Origin: an uncultured Chloroflexia bacterium
GTDB lineage: Bacteria; Chloroflexota; Anaerolineae; CG2-30-64-16
Direction of reading: 5' to 3'
Assembly: GCA_963841825.1 (NCBI GenBank)
Contig: CAWJEL010000021.1
Location: 7,260 to 71,259, forward strand
Length of the DNA stretch: 64,000 bases
This document shows positions 9,657 through 18,421 of the stretch, piece after piece. Position numbers and translations under genes: made by a program. The notes beneath the pieces were generated by a model. The model saw only the letters and a program-made list of their open reading frames with translations. It was not told the DNA's origin and made no database searches. Each line of letters opens with the position of its first letter. Position 1 is the stretch's first letter.

Positions 9657-10412
9657 TCAGAAGGTGATCGTTAGCCCCCCATCCACCGTGATCACCTGGC
9701 CGGTGATGTAGGACGCATCCGGCCCGGCCAGGAAGAACGCCACCCCGGCGATCTCCTCCGGCCGCGCCGCGCGCTTGAGGGGCAGATGATGGCCCAGGAC
9801 GTAGTTCTGCTTGAACCAATCGCTTTCCAGCTCGTTGACGCCGTTGACCACGCTCATCGGCGTGTCGATGAAGCCGGGGGCGAGCGCGTTGACCAGGATC
9901 CCGCGCGGGGCCAGCTCGATCGCCAACACGCGACAAAGCTGGTTGATCGCGGCCTTGGCCATGCTGTAGCTGCTGGCCAGCGCCTCCGCCCGGTCGCCGT
10001 GGATTGAGGTCACGTGGACGATCCGGCCGCCATCCTGCATCAGCGGCACGGCCGCGCGGGTCAGGTAAAGCGCGCCGTTGACCATGATCTCGAAGGCGCG
10101 GCGCCATTCGTCCACTGGCGTGTCGATCGTGTGAATTGGGAAGTAGATCCCCGCGCAGTTGATGAGCGCATCCAGCGCGCCCCAGTGCTCAGCTACCTGT
10201 CCGGCGATGGCCTGGGCCGTGGCCTCCTGGCTGTAGTCGCCGGGGACAAGCAGGTGGTCGCCCGGCGGCAACTCGCCGAGGAGTTGTTGCAGTGCGTCTC
10301 CCCGCCGCGCGGTCAGGCACACGTCCCACCCCTCGGCGGCAAAGCGCAGCGCCGCGGCCCGCCCGACGCCCGATGAAGCACCGGTGATGATCGCCCGTTT
10401 GCGTTCGGTCAT
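9657..10412 (-). CDS. SDR family oxidoreductase
   Basis: AIITGASSGVGRA (TGxxxGxG), NCAG and YSMAKAA (YxxxK). ORF begins at TTG 10436, but ATG 10412 has a GGGAG 7 nt upstream. Confidence 0.9.
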   Translation of the reverse strand: MTERKRAIITGASSGVGRAAALRFAAEGWDVCLTARRGDALQQLLGELPPGDHLLVPGDYSQEATAQAIAGQVAEHWGALDALINCAGIYFPIHTIDTPVDEWRRAFEIMVNGALYLTRAAVPLMQDGGRIVHVTSIHGDRAEALASSYSMAKAAINQLCRVLAIELAPRGILVNALAPGFIDTPMSVVNGVNELESDWFKQNYVLGHHLPLKRAARPEEIAGVAFFLAGPDASYITGQVITVDGGLTITF

Positions 10413-10454
10413 AGGCACGCTCCCAAAACCCACCAAAACAACGCAACTACGCGT

Positions 10455-10528
10455 CCTGAGCCTGTCGAAGGACGGCCAGTCGAAGGACGACCAGTCGCTT
10501 GGGCGCTGCCCCCTTCGACAAGCTCAGG
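10455..10528. repeat. Long hairpin with arms CCTGAGCCTGTCGAAGG / CCTTCGACAAGCTCAGG
   Basis: 17-nt arms with 1 mismatch. The interior contains CAGTCGAAGGACG twice in tandem. The same GAGCCTGTCGA[AG]GG core recurs at 62083-62150. Confidence 0.7.
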
Positions 10529-10574
10529 GGGCGGTCCAAGTAGATTCCTAACCCGGACGAGCCGGAACCAAGCC

Positions 10575-10700
10575 TTCACCACAAAGTCTTCACCACAAAG
10601 GCTCAAAGGCACGAAGTCCACAAAGGTAGAATTCTTAGTGATCTTAGTGATCTTAGTGATCTTAGTGATCTTGGTGTCTTGGTGTCTTGGTGTCTTGGTG
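10575..10700. repeat. CACNAAG/CTTNGTG hairpin element, copy 2, with expanded tandem units
   Basis: Left arm is TTCACCACAAAGTCTTCACCACAAAGGCTCAAAGGCACGAAGTCCACAAAGG. Right arm is (CTTAGTGAT)x4 at 10634-10669, then (CTTGGTGT)x3 at 10670-10693. Confidence 0.8.
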
Positions 10701-10743
10701 ATGAGATTCTTGGTTTTTATGCCGGAATCCGATTGGTAAGCGC

Positions 10744-11865
10744 CTAATGCTCCAGATGCTTGGTCAGCAATTCGCAGCCATCCGACGTCACCAACACCAC
10801 GTTCTCCAGCCGCACACCGCCGACGCCGGGCAGATAGATGCCCGGCTCGATGGCGATGATCATACCCGAAGCCAGCGCCATGTCGTTGTACGGCACAAGT
10901 CGCGGCTCTTCGTGGAAACTGACGCCCAGCCCGTGCCCCGAGTGGTGGGGATAGGGCTCGTATCCGGCCGCGCGGATGACGCCGCGCAACATGGCGTCCA
11001 GGTCCCGCGCGACCACCCCCGGCCGCACCGCGTCGATCCCGCGGCGCAGCGCGTCGTGGACGATCCTGCGAATCTTCGCCATCTCGGCCGACGGTGCGCC
11101 GACGAAGTGCGTGCCGCAGATGTCGCCCCAGTAACCGTCGAGCCTCGGCACGATGTCGGCGATGACCGGGTCGCCCTCCTGAAGCACATACGCGCCCGGC
11201 AGCCCGCCCATCTCACCCGTGCGGACACCCGCTACCAGGTCGGCCAGCATCGGCAGACGGCCGCCGGCCTGCACCTCAAGCCCGGCCTTCAGCTCGCCCC
11301 ACAGCGAAATCTCGCTGACCCCCGGTTGGATCAACATCTGCACATCGGCCTGGGACTGATCGCAGAGCGCCAACGCCGCGCGCAGTTTGGCGATCTCCTC
11401 AGGGGTCTTGACGGCACGCAGCGGCTCCAAGTCGCCATCCATCGGTCGCAGCGTCGCGGCAGGCAGCGCCTCATGTACGATGCCTACCAGCGCGGCCGGC
11501 AGGAAACGCAGCTCGACCGCTACCGCGGCGCCGCGGCCGCCCCAGCCGCCGAGTACCTCCCGAAGGACAGCAGCCTGACGCTCGACCACACTCAGCGGCT
11601 CGTCAATAGTGTAACCGGCATACTCGCGCACCTCGACCCCCGCGGCGCGGGCGGCTCCGGTCTCCGCGTCCGAGGCGATCAGGATCAGCTCGCCGCCGGC
11701 CCACCAGGCCAGCGCCGGGCCGCCATCGAACGGGCTGGGGCCGGTTTGAATGGGCGGCGCGTAGCCGGTGAGCCAGGCGACGGTCCACGGGTTCGACAGC
11801 AGCGCGGCGGTGAAGCCGTGGTTGCGCAGGTATTCGGTGAGGCGATCAAGATTGGTACGGTTCAT
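10744..11865 (-). CDS. M24 family metallopeptidase (Xaa-Pro aminopeptidase/creatinase-like)
   Basis: Start moved to ATG 11865 (MNRTNLDRLTEYL...). C-terminal pita-bread motifs DIVPRLDGYWGDI, HHSGHGLG and AIEPGIY..GVGGVRLEN. Confidence 0.9.
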   Translation of the reverse strand: MNRTNLDRLTEYLRNHGFTAALLSNPWTVAWLTGYAPPIQTGPSPFDGGPALAWWAGGELILIASDAETGAARAAGVEVREYAGYTIDEPLSVVERQAAVLREVLGGWGGRGAAVAVELRFLPAALVGIVHEALPAATLRPMDGDLEPLRAVKTPEEIAKLRAALALCDQSQADVQMLIQPGVSEISLWGELKAGLEVQAGGRLPMLADLVAGVRTGEMGGLPGAYVLQEGDPVIADIVPRLDGYWGDICGTHFVGAPSAEMAKIRRIVHDALRRGIDAVRPGVVARDLDAMLRGVIRAAGYEPYPHHSGHGLGVSFHEEPRLVPYNDMALASGMIIAIEPGIYLPGVGGVRLENVVLVTSDGCELLTKHLEH

Positions 11866-11888
11866 GGCGTACTCCTTGGTGAATAGCA

Positions 11889-12047
11889 TGTCACTGCGAG
11901 GGGTCGCACCCCCGAAGCAGTCCCACACAATTGGGAAAGATTGCTTCCTCGGACCTCCACCCTCCTGCTTAGAAACTCCCAAGGCGAGATGCTTCACTGG
12001 CGACTTGCCGCAACGCACATTGAGCGGCAGACCCGTTCAGCATGACA
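11889..12047. repeat. MITE-like element, copy 2
   Basis: Same termini as copy 1 (TGTCACTGCGAGGGG ... ACCCGTTCAGCATGACA) and a shared ~63-nt 3' segment. The middle differs. Same orientation, again between two tandem minus-strand genes. Confidence 0.7.
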
Positions 12048-12141
12048 GATGGGGAGTTCCTTGCCGGGGCACATGCCGCCCGCGGCATGGGGAACTCGCA
12101 ATGACGTTCCGACAGACGCTATCCTTCATCCATTGTTTTTG

Positions 12142-13599
12142 TCACCCACTCAGACGCGCCCACCAGGCCCGCTCCAGACCGGAGAGCTCCGCCCGGACAG
12201 CGTCCGGCAGCGGTATCGGTGCGTGGGACGCCAGCAGCTTGCGTGCCCGTGTGTTGAGCCGCCCCCGCAAGCGATCTCCCATCGCAGCAGTCTCCGCGTC
12301 GAAGTTGCTCCGCTCGAAAACCTGCGGATACCAGAACGAACGAAAAGTCGCCAGGGTATCCGGGTGCGTCACATAGTCGCCCCCCGGCCCGACCTGCCCG
12401 ATCAGCGCCGCCGCGGCGGAGAGGTCGGCCGCGGCGAACGTGAGTGGCTGTACGGCCCGGCGGGCATACGCGATCTGCTCGTCGGCCAGCACGCTGGACT
12501 CGGCGGAGCAAACCTTGCAGGCGCCGAGCAGGCCGGCGTTATGCACCAGCTCGATGTTGCACAGCAGCGCCCACGCCGCGGTCATGGCCAGCTCCGCGCC
12601 GGCCTGGGCGTTGAGCTGCGGCGTGTCGGAGAGCATTTCCAGGCCCCAACACGGCATCCCGTACCAGTGCGCCAGATCGGCCACGGCTGCGTGAGCTGTC
12701 AACAGCTCCGGCGCGGCGTAGGACCAGAGGGTCGTCCGCATGTCCATCAGCAGCTCGGTGAACCCGGCTGAACAGAACGGCGCGCCCGGCCGCTTGAGCT
12801 GATGTATCGTCAGACCGGCCAACCAGTCGGCGTTCGCCAGCACCAACGTGCCCGGGATATTGCACGGGCTGTTGCCGCCCAGCGCGGGATGCGGATGGTA
12901 GACCACCGGCACTTCGTGCTCGGCGCACGCCAGCAGGATGTCCAGGTTGTAGTCGGCCTGGACCAGCGGCGCGTTGGGCACCGAGGCGCAGAAGATGAAC
13001 GGCAGCCGGCGCAGCACCTCTCGCCCGCCCGCGATGATGCTGGCAGCGTCCAGGATGTCGAGCAGGCCGCGGCGGTCGTACGGGTAGACCAGGATCGGCT
13101 TGGTCGTACACGCCACGGCGCCGAGGAAGGCGAGCTGGGTCTGCAACTCCGGCGCCACATCGTGCATCTGGCCGGAGCAGGCGACCCAGTCGACGTTGGG
13201 CAGCGCATCGAGCAGGCGGGCGGACCAGCCCAGATCATCCTGCAGGAACGGACGCATCCGCGGCTCGTACGCGTCCTCGACGTACAGGTTATCCACCAGC
13301 GCGCCGAAGGTGACCCGGCCCTCGGCCAGCGGTATGACCGGCTCGCCCAGCCGGTTGAAGAGCGTGACCGGCCGCACGGTGCTGAGCGCCCGTTCCACCG
13401 CTTCCGGTGGGATATAGACCCGCTCGCCCTCAACCCGCGCGCCGGCGCCCGCCAGCAGATCACGCGCTTCAGCCAGGGGCACGATGCAGCCGGTGTGCCA
13501 GAGCACCTCCAGGCTGGCCGCGTGAATGGCCTGAAGCTGGTCTTCGGAAAGAACGCTCAACCACTGCTTGCGCTGTTCGACACCCTCGGCACGTTTCAT
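12142..13599 (-). CDS. MttB-superfamily (trimethylamine methyltransferase-like) protein, non-pyrrolysine type, paralog 1
   Basis: Start moved to ATG 13599 (MKRAEGVEQRKQW...). LSEDQLQAIHAASLEVLWHTG at the N-terminus and length ~485 aa fit the MttB family. No internal stop codon. Confidence 0.85.
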   Translation of the reverse strand: MKRAEGVEQRKQWLSVLSEDQLQAIHAASLEVLWHTGCIVPLAEARDLLAGAGARVEGERVYIPPEAVERALSTVRPVTLFNRLGEPVIPLAEGRVTFGALVDNLYVEDAYEPRMRPFLQDDLGWSARLLDALPNVDWVACSGQMHDVAPELQTQLAFLGAVACTTKPILVYPYDRRGLLDILDAASIIAGGREVLRRLPFIFCASVPNAPLVQADYNLDILLACAEHEVPVVYHPHPALGGNSPCNIPGTLVLANADWLAGLTIHQLKRPGAPFCSAGFTELLMDMRTTLWSYAAPELLTAHAAVADLAHWYGMPCWGLEMLSDTPQLNAQAGAELAMTAAWALLCNIELVHNAGLLGACKVCSAESSVLADEQIAYARRAVQPLTFAAADLSAAAALIGQVGPGGDYVTHPDTLATFRSFWYPQVFERSNFDAETAAMGDRLRGRLNTRARKLLASHAPIPLPDAVRAELSGLERAWWARLSG

Positions 13600-13643
13600 C
13601 CCGCAGTTTCCCCTAATTCGAACAGGCCGGAACCAAAAACCCT

Positions 13644-13724
13644 CACCACGAAGGCACAAAGTCACAAAGCTCACAAGGAGAATTGAGTTTTTTGCTTCTT
13701 CGTGTCTTAGTGACTTTGTGGTGG
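13644..13724. repeat. CACNAAG/CTTNGTG hairpin element, copy 3
   Basis: CACCACGAAGGCACAAAGTCACAAAGCTCACAAGG ... CTTCTTCGTGTCTTAGTGACTTTGTGGTGG around an AT-rich loop. Downstream of the URO-D-like gene. Confidence 0.8.
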
Positions 13725-13749
13725 CGTTCTAGCTTTCATTGCCCGAATC

Positions 13750-14964
13750 CTACTGACACGCGCAAAGCTCGTGCGCCTCGACCTGCTCGGCGATGTACTC
13801 AACTCGTTCGATCGAGTTGTTGCCCATCACCAGGTCGCCCACGCCCAGGATGATCGGCCCGGCGCCGACCGTGTCGAGCAGGTGCGCCACGAACTCGCGG
13901 AACCCAGCTTCATCCGTGCGCGCTTCTTCGAGCAGCGGTGAAGGAATGCCGCCCCAGATCATCGGCCCGCCGCGCCACGCTTCCCACACCTCATCAAAGG
14001 TACACTGCGTCAGTGGGAAGGGCGAGATCGACTCGCAGACATCCAGGCCGGACTCCTTCAGCAGCGCCAGAAGTGGCCCCACATCCCCGTCGGTGTGGCT
14101 GCCGACTTTCCGGCCCTGGCCGTGCAGAATCTCAGTGTAGCGCTGATAGCTCGGCAGGCAGTAGCGGGCAAACAGCCGCGGGTTCGTCATCCTGCCGTGC
14201 AGATTATCGGGAAACTCCAGGTAGGTCGCGGATAGTTCGGCCAGGTGGCGCAGGATTTCGACCATCTGCTGATCGAGCAGCCGCAGCAGGCGCTCAACGC
14301 GTGCCGTGTCATCGTGCAAGGCGTAGAAAAGGTTGACTTCACCCAGGTATTCCAGGAGCGCCTGCTGGAACGGGATCCGGTGGACGAGCGGTATCACATA
14401 GCCGTTCTCGCCGACCTGCGCCTCCGCAGCGGAAAGCTTTTCGTACTGCGGCACAAACTCGGCGCGTTCCAGGATGTATGCGACGGTTTGATAATCGGCC
14501 GTATCTTTGATCAGATGTTCGCGCAGATAGGGCTCGACGCCCATAGCCACCATCTCGGGCAGCAATTCGTGGCGCAGGGTCAGCGTGCCGGCCGGCGTCG
14601 TCAAGCGTGTCACTGTCACACCGGGCCGGTCGGACGCGACCAGGTCCCACATGCCGGGGAACGACTCAACGACCGGCTCGAACTCCCGGTAACAGGCTTC
14701 GCCGTTGAATTCAGCCGCCACCTCCACCCCGCGCAGGCGCAGGCCGTACGGCACGACGAACGTCTGTTGGCCCATGCCGACCGCGGCGTAGATCTCGCCA
14801 AGCGCCAGGCCTTCGTAATCACGCGGCAGCGTGCTCGCCCACGCGTGCCACCGGTGCCAGTTCTCCAGCCGGTCGAGGAACGGCAGCCGGTCGGGTCTGC
14901 GGCCAGCCAAGACGGCTTCCACCCGTTGGCGGATGCTCATCCTGTCCTCGGTGTTTGATGTCAT
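13750..14964 (-). CDS. Uroporphyrinogen decarboxylase (URO-D)/MtaA-family methyltransferase-like protein
   Basis: 404-aa ORF. RQRVEAVLAGRRPDRLPF at the N-terminus and a C-terminal TIM-barrel segment GSHTDGDVGPLLALLKESGLDV resemble URO-D family members found next to corrinoid methyltransferases. Confidence 0.65.
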   Translation of the reverse strand: MTSNTEDRMSIRQRVEAVLAGRRPDRLPFLDRLENWHRWHAWASTLPRDYEGLALGEIYAAVGMGQQTFVVPYGLRLRGVEVAAEFNGEACYREFEPVVESFPGMWDLVASDRPGVTVTRLTTPAGTLTLRHELLPEMVAMGVEPYLREHLIKDTADYQTVAYILERAEFVPQYEKLSAAEAQVGENGYVIPLVHRIPFQQALLEYLGEVNLFYALHDDTARVERLLRLLDQQMVEILRHLAELSATYLEFPDNLHGRMTNPRLFARYCLPSYQRYTEILHGQGRKVGSHTDGDVGPLLALLKESGLDVCESISPFPLTQCTFDEVWEAWRGGPMIWGGIPSPLLEEARTDEAGFREFVAHLLDTVGAGPIILGVGDLVMGNNSIERVEYIAEQVEAHELCACQ

Positions 14965-15052
14965 CGGTGGCTTTCTCGGTTCGTAAATCAGTCAAGCATG
15001 TCAGGCCTTTTACGTACTGACAGCCGAATATTCGTACAGCGAGGAAGGATCT

Positions 15053-15133
15053 CACCACAAAGACTCAAAGACTCAAAGAGACACAAAGAAAATCAAAAAT
15101 CCTTGTGTACTTGGTGGCTTTGAGCCTTTGTGG
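15053..15133. repeat. CACNAAG/CTTNGTG hairpin element, copy 4
   Basis: CACCACAAAGACTCAAAGACTCAAAGAGACACAAAG ... CCTTGTGTACTTGGTGGCTTTGAGCCTTTGTGG. Downstream of MttB paralog 2. Confidence 0.8.
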
Positions 15134-15246
15134 TTAGCTGAGTTCCCGCTTGTCCAGGTCGCGGTATGCACGAGTATTGGCTCCCGCTCAGTTCAGCCAG
15201 AGATAGACCAAAGGCGGCACATATCCTTTTTGCGAGTTACGAGCCC

Positions 15247-16713
15247 TCAACTCCGCCCGGCGATGCGGTCGGTCTCCCTCTCCGCGTCGCCCAACGCCTG
15301 CGCCAGCGCCCGATCAACGGCCGGCGGGAGCGCCACCGGCCCTGCCGCGGCCAGGATCTCCTTGACACGATCATGCGCGATCTCGTGGCTCATCTTGGCG
15401 CCGGTATCGAGCCACTGGTCGATCGTTTTCCGCTGGAAGAGGAACGGAAAATAGAGTTCCTTGCGGAAATGGCGGACGGTGTGGTCGGCGCCGAGGAAGC
15501 TGCCGCCGTAGCCCGCCTCTCGGATCACGTCCAGGGCCAGCGTGTCGTCATCCACGACGAACCCGCGCAGCACGTGCTTGATCTGCCACGCGATCTCGTC
15601 GCAGATCACCACCTGCTCCTGTGAACCGTAAAGGCCAAACGCCATGGAACCCAGGCTCTGGTTGAAGTTAATGCCGGCCAACCCGTTGAGCAGCATGCTC
15701 ATCATCGCCTCGGCGGCCGTCTCCGCGTCCGGGACTTTGCCCTCAACCCCGCCGCCCAGGCTATAGATCGGGATGTTGTAGAAGCGCGCAAGCTGCGCCA
15801 TCGCCAGCTTGCCCAGGTTTTGCTCGGGGCTGCCGTAGGTGCACTGCGTCGTCTTCATGTCGAACACATCGGTGTCCGGCTTCAACACCACCTTGGCGCC
15901 GGGCTGGATAAGCTGCGTGAGCACGACGCCGAACAGCACCTCCGCTGTGGTCAGCGCCAGCGTCCCGGCCACGGTCGCCGGCCCCGTCGCGCCCATCATT
16001 GGGCCGGGCGAATAGAGGATCGGCACGCCGGCCTTCACCGCGTCGATGATGCCTTCGTTCATGATCGCGATCTTGAGCGGGGACACTGGCGTGACGATGC
16101 CCAACATGCTGGGCTGCTCGCGCAGCGCGTCCTCGCCGCCCGAGGCCGCGGCCGCGATCCCCAGCATCAACTGGGTGAAGGGGCGCTCCAGGATGTTCAG
16201 AACTGTGGGTTTAGTCGTGTTGCGGAAGATCGCGTCGAAATCGTGGAAGAAGATCTGATCCGTCGGCATGTCGCCCGACATGCAAAGGGTCTGCACGAAG
16301 TCGATGTTCGGCAAAGCGTGGCCCAGGCGCGTGCTGAACGCCATATCCTGCTTGGTCGGCTGCCGGGGCCGCCCCAGATCGTAGTCGAAGATCATCGGCT
16401 CGGAGGTGCCGCCCATGCCGTAGTACACCCGATCCCGCTCGATCAACAAATCCATGGCCGGGTCGCGGCGGCCGTGCAGCACGAAAGATGCTGGTACGGT
16501 TTTCAGCGCGGCGGCTACCATGTCGGGCGACACGCGGATGGCGCGCGTGGCACGATCGACCTGCGCGCCGCCGCGCGCAAAGAGGTCCAGGAAAAGGTCG
16601 GATTCGCTTTGGATGCCGGGATCTTGCAGGAGGGCGAGCGCCGCGCGATGGATGCGCAGCAGGTTGTCCTCGGAGAGGATGTTCAGGATTCCGCCTTTGG
16701 CGCCTGTCTTCAT
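15247..16713 (-). CDS. MttB-superfamily protein, non-pyrrolysine type, paralog 2
   Basis: Start moved to ATG 16713 (MKTGAKGGILNILSEDNLLRIHRAAL...). Full-length MttB-like, no internal stop. Confidence 0.85.
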   Translation of the reverse strand: MKTGAKGGILNILSEDNLLRIHRAALALLQDPGIQSESDLFLDLFARGGAQVDRATRAIRVSPDMVAAALKTVPASFVLHGRRDPAMDLLIERDRVYYGMGGTSEPMIFDYDLGRPRQPTKQDMAFSTRLGHALPNIDFVQTLCMSGDMPTDQIFFHDFDAIFRNTTKPTVLNILERPFTQLMLGIAAAASGGEDALREQPSMLGIVTPVSPLKIAIMNEGIIDAVKAGVPILYSPGPMMGATGPATVAGTLALTTAEVLFGVVLTQLIQPGAKVVLKPDTDVFDMKTTQCTYGSPEQNLGKLAMAQLARFYNIPIYSLGGGVEGKVPDAETAAEAMMSMLLNGLAGINFNQSLGSMAFGLYGSQEQVVICDEIAWQIKHVLRGFVVDDDTLALDVIREAGYGGSFLGADHTVRHFRKELYFPFLFQRKTIDQWLDTGAKMSHEIAHDRVKEILAAAGPVALPPAVDRALAQALGDAERETDRIAGRS

Positions 16714-16741
16714 GGCAGGGTCCCCTTTGAGGTTGGGATGC

Positions 16742-16769
16742 TGACGAATGACGAATGACGAATGACGAA
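16742..16769. repeat. Perfect tandem heptamer (TGACGAA)x4
   Basis: Read directly. Lies 29 nt upstream of the MttB paralog 2 start codon. Reads TTCGTCA x4 on the coding strand. Confidence 0.9.
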
Positions 16770-16969
16770 CAGTGCGGTTGCTGTGGGATTTTCTGGAAAC
16801 GTTTGCGAACTGATGCTGCCGATTATACAACCCAGGCTTCGGGTTGTCAAGCCGGAATTTTCGGTCACGTGCTGCAACTCGCCGCGCCATTGGCGCTGAA
16901 TCGGCGTTCGTCTGCGTCATTTGCGGTTTATTTCTGGCTCTGCGAACAGGATCCAACGACGATTATACC

Positions 16970-16998
16970 TTGACAAAGTTGGTGAATTGTGATATTTT
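16970..16998 (+). promoter_or_regulatory. Candidate sigma70-type promoter: TTGACA-17 nt-TATTTT with a TGn extended -10
   Basis: TTGACA at 16970-16975, 17-nt spacer ending in TGA, TATTTT at 16993-16998. About 60 nt upstream of the aminotransferase ATG (17059). Confidence 0.5.
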
Positions 16999-17058
16999 GC
17001 AATCGTTCTCAACACGTCACTTCCTCTGCTGATTCCTTCTTCTGAACGAGGACATACC

Positions 17059-18421
17059 ATGACAAAGCCGAACGTTCACGCAGTTCACCGCGACTGGGAT
17101 CGCGATTTTCCGGTCATCGTCCGCACGGAAGGCATCTACCTCTACGACGAGCACGGCCGGCGCTATATCGACGGCTCGGGCGGATCTTCCGTTGTGACCA
17201 GCCTCGGCCACGGCGTCGCGGAAATTCCGCAGGCCATGTACGATCAGGCTCAGAAGTTCTCCTTCTATCCGGCCCACGCGTTCACTAACCAGCCCTTCCT
17301 CGACCTGAGCGACCTGATCGTAAGCCTGGCGCCGGGTGAACTGCGGGATAACAGCCGCGTGTGGATCACCTGCACCGGCACCGACGCCACCGATGACGCG
17401 GTGCGCCTGGCGCGGCAGTACTGGGTGGAAAGCGGCAACCCTTCGAAGTACCAGGTGATCAGCCGGTGGCAGGCGTTCCACGGCAACAACGTGGCGGTGG
17501 CCGGCTTCTCCGGGCTGACCGCGCGGCGCAAGATCTTCCAGCCGATGTACGTCGACTCGCCGCACATCCCGCCCGCGTTCTGCTACCGCTGCGCCTACGA
17601 ACAGACCTACCCGGCGTGCAACCTCCTCTGTGCCCGCGCGTTGGAGACGGCGATCCTCCAGCAGGGACCGGAAAACGTCGCCGCGTTCATCGCGGAGCCG
17701 GTGGTCGGGGCGGCGCTGGGCTGCGTGCCCTGCGCCCGACGGCTACTTCCAGAAGATCCGCGAGATCTGCGACCGCTACGACGTGCTCTTCATCGCCGAC
17801 GAGGTGATGACGGGCTGGGGCCGCACCGGCAAGATGTGGGGCATCGACCACTGGGACGTCACGCCGGACATCATCGCCACGGCCAAGGGCATGACCGCCG
17901 GCTACACGCCGCTCTCCGCGATCCTCGCGCGGGACGCCATCTGGCAGGCGCTCGAACGAAACCATTCCGCGTTCAAGGCCGGCCACACGCTGAACGCCAA
18001 CGCCGTGTCGTGCGCTGGGGCCATCGCCGTGATCAACTACTCGTTGGCCCACGACCTGGCGGGCAACGCCGCAGCGCGCGGCCAGCAGGCATTGGCCGGG
18101 CTGGCTGACCTGATGGCGAAGCACCCGATCATCGGCGACGTGCGCGGCCGGGGGTTGATGTTCGGCTTTGAGCTGGTGGCTGACCGCGCCACGCGAGTCC
18201 CATTCCCGCCGGCGCGTAAGGTGAGCAGCATGATCGAAGCCGCCGCACTTCGGCACGGCCTGGTGACCTATCCCTGCACAGGGACCATCGCGGGCGGTCC
18301 CGGCGACATGCTGCTGCTGGCGCCTCCCCTGGTGATCACCGAACAAGAGATGGCCGAAGTACTGAACATCCTCGATCTGGCGGTCGGCGAGGTCGAGGAT
18401 GCGCTCGAGATTGCAGCATGA
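17059..18421 (+). pseudogene. Class-III (omega) aminotransferase, frameshifted as sequenced near 17731
   Basis: ORF 17059-18108 is homologous up to ...FIAEPVVGAALGCVP. The frame of ORF 17630-18421 continues APDGYFQKIREICDRYDVLFIADEVMTGWGRTGKMW...ATAKGMTAGY (PLP-Lys region). One extra base at about 17731 separates them. Confidence 0.85.

Noticed and set aside
10620-10700. Possible CRISPR array suggested by regularly spaced short repeats
   Set aside because: The units are 8-9 nt and directly abutting with no spacers. No cas genes are present. This is a microsatellite-like arm of a hairpin element.
12142-16713. In-frame TAG (pyrrolysine) in the MttB homologues
   Set aside because: I looked for one. 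Paralogs 1 and 2 are uninterrupted ORFs. The discontinuities in paralog 3 are frame changes, not amber codons.
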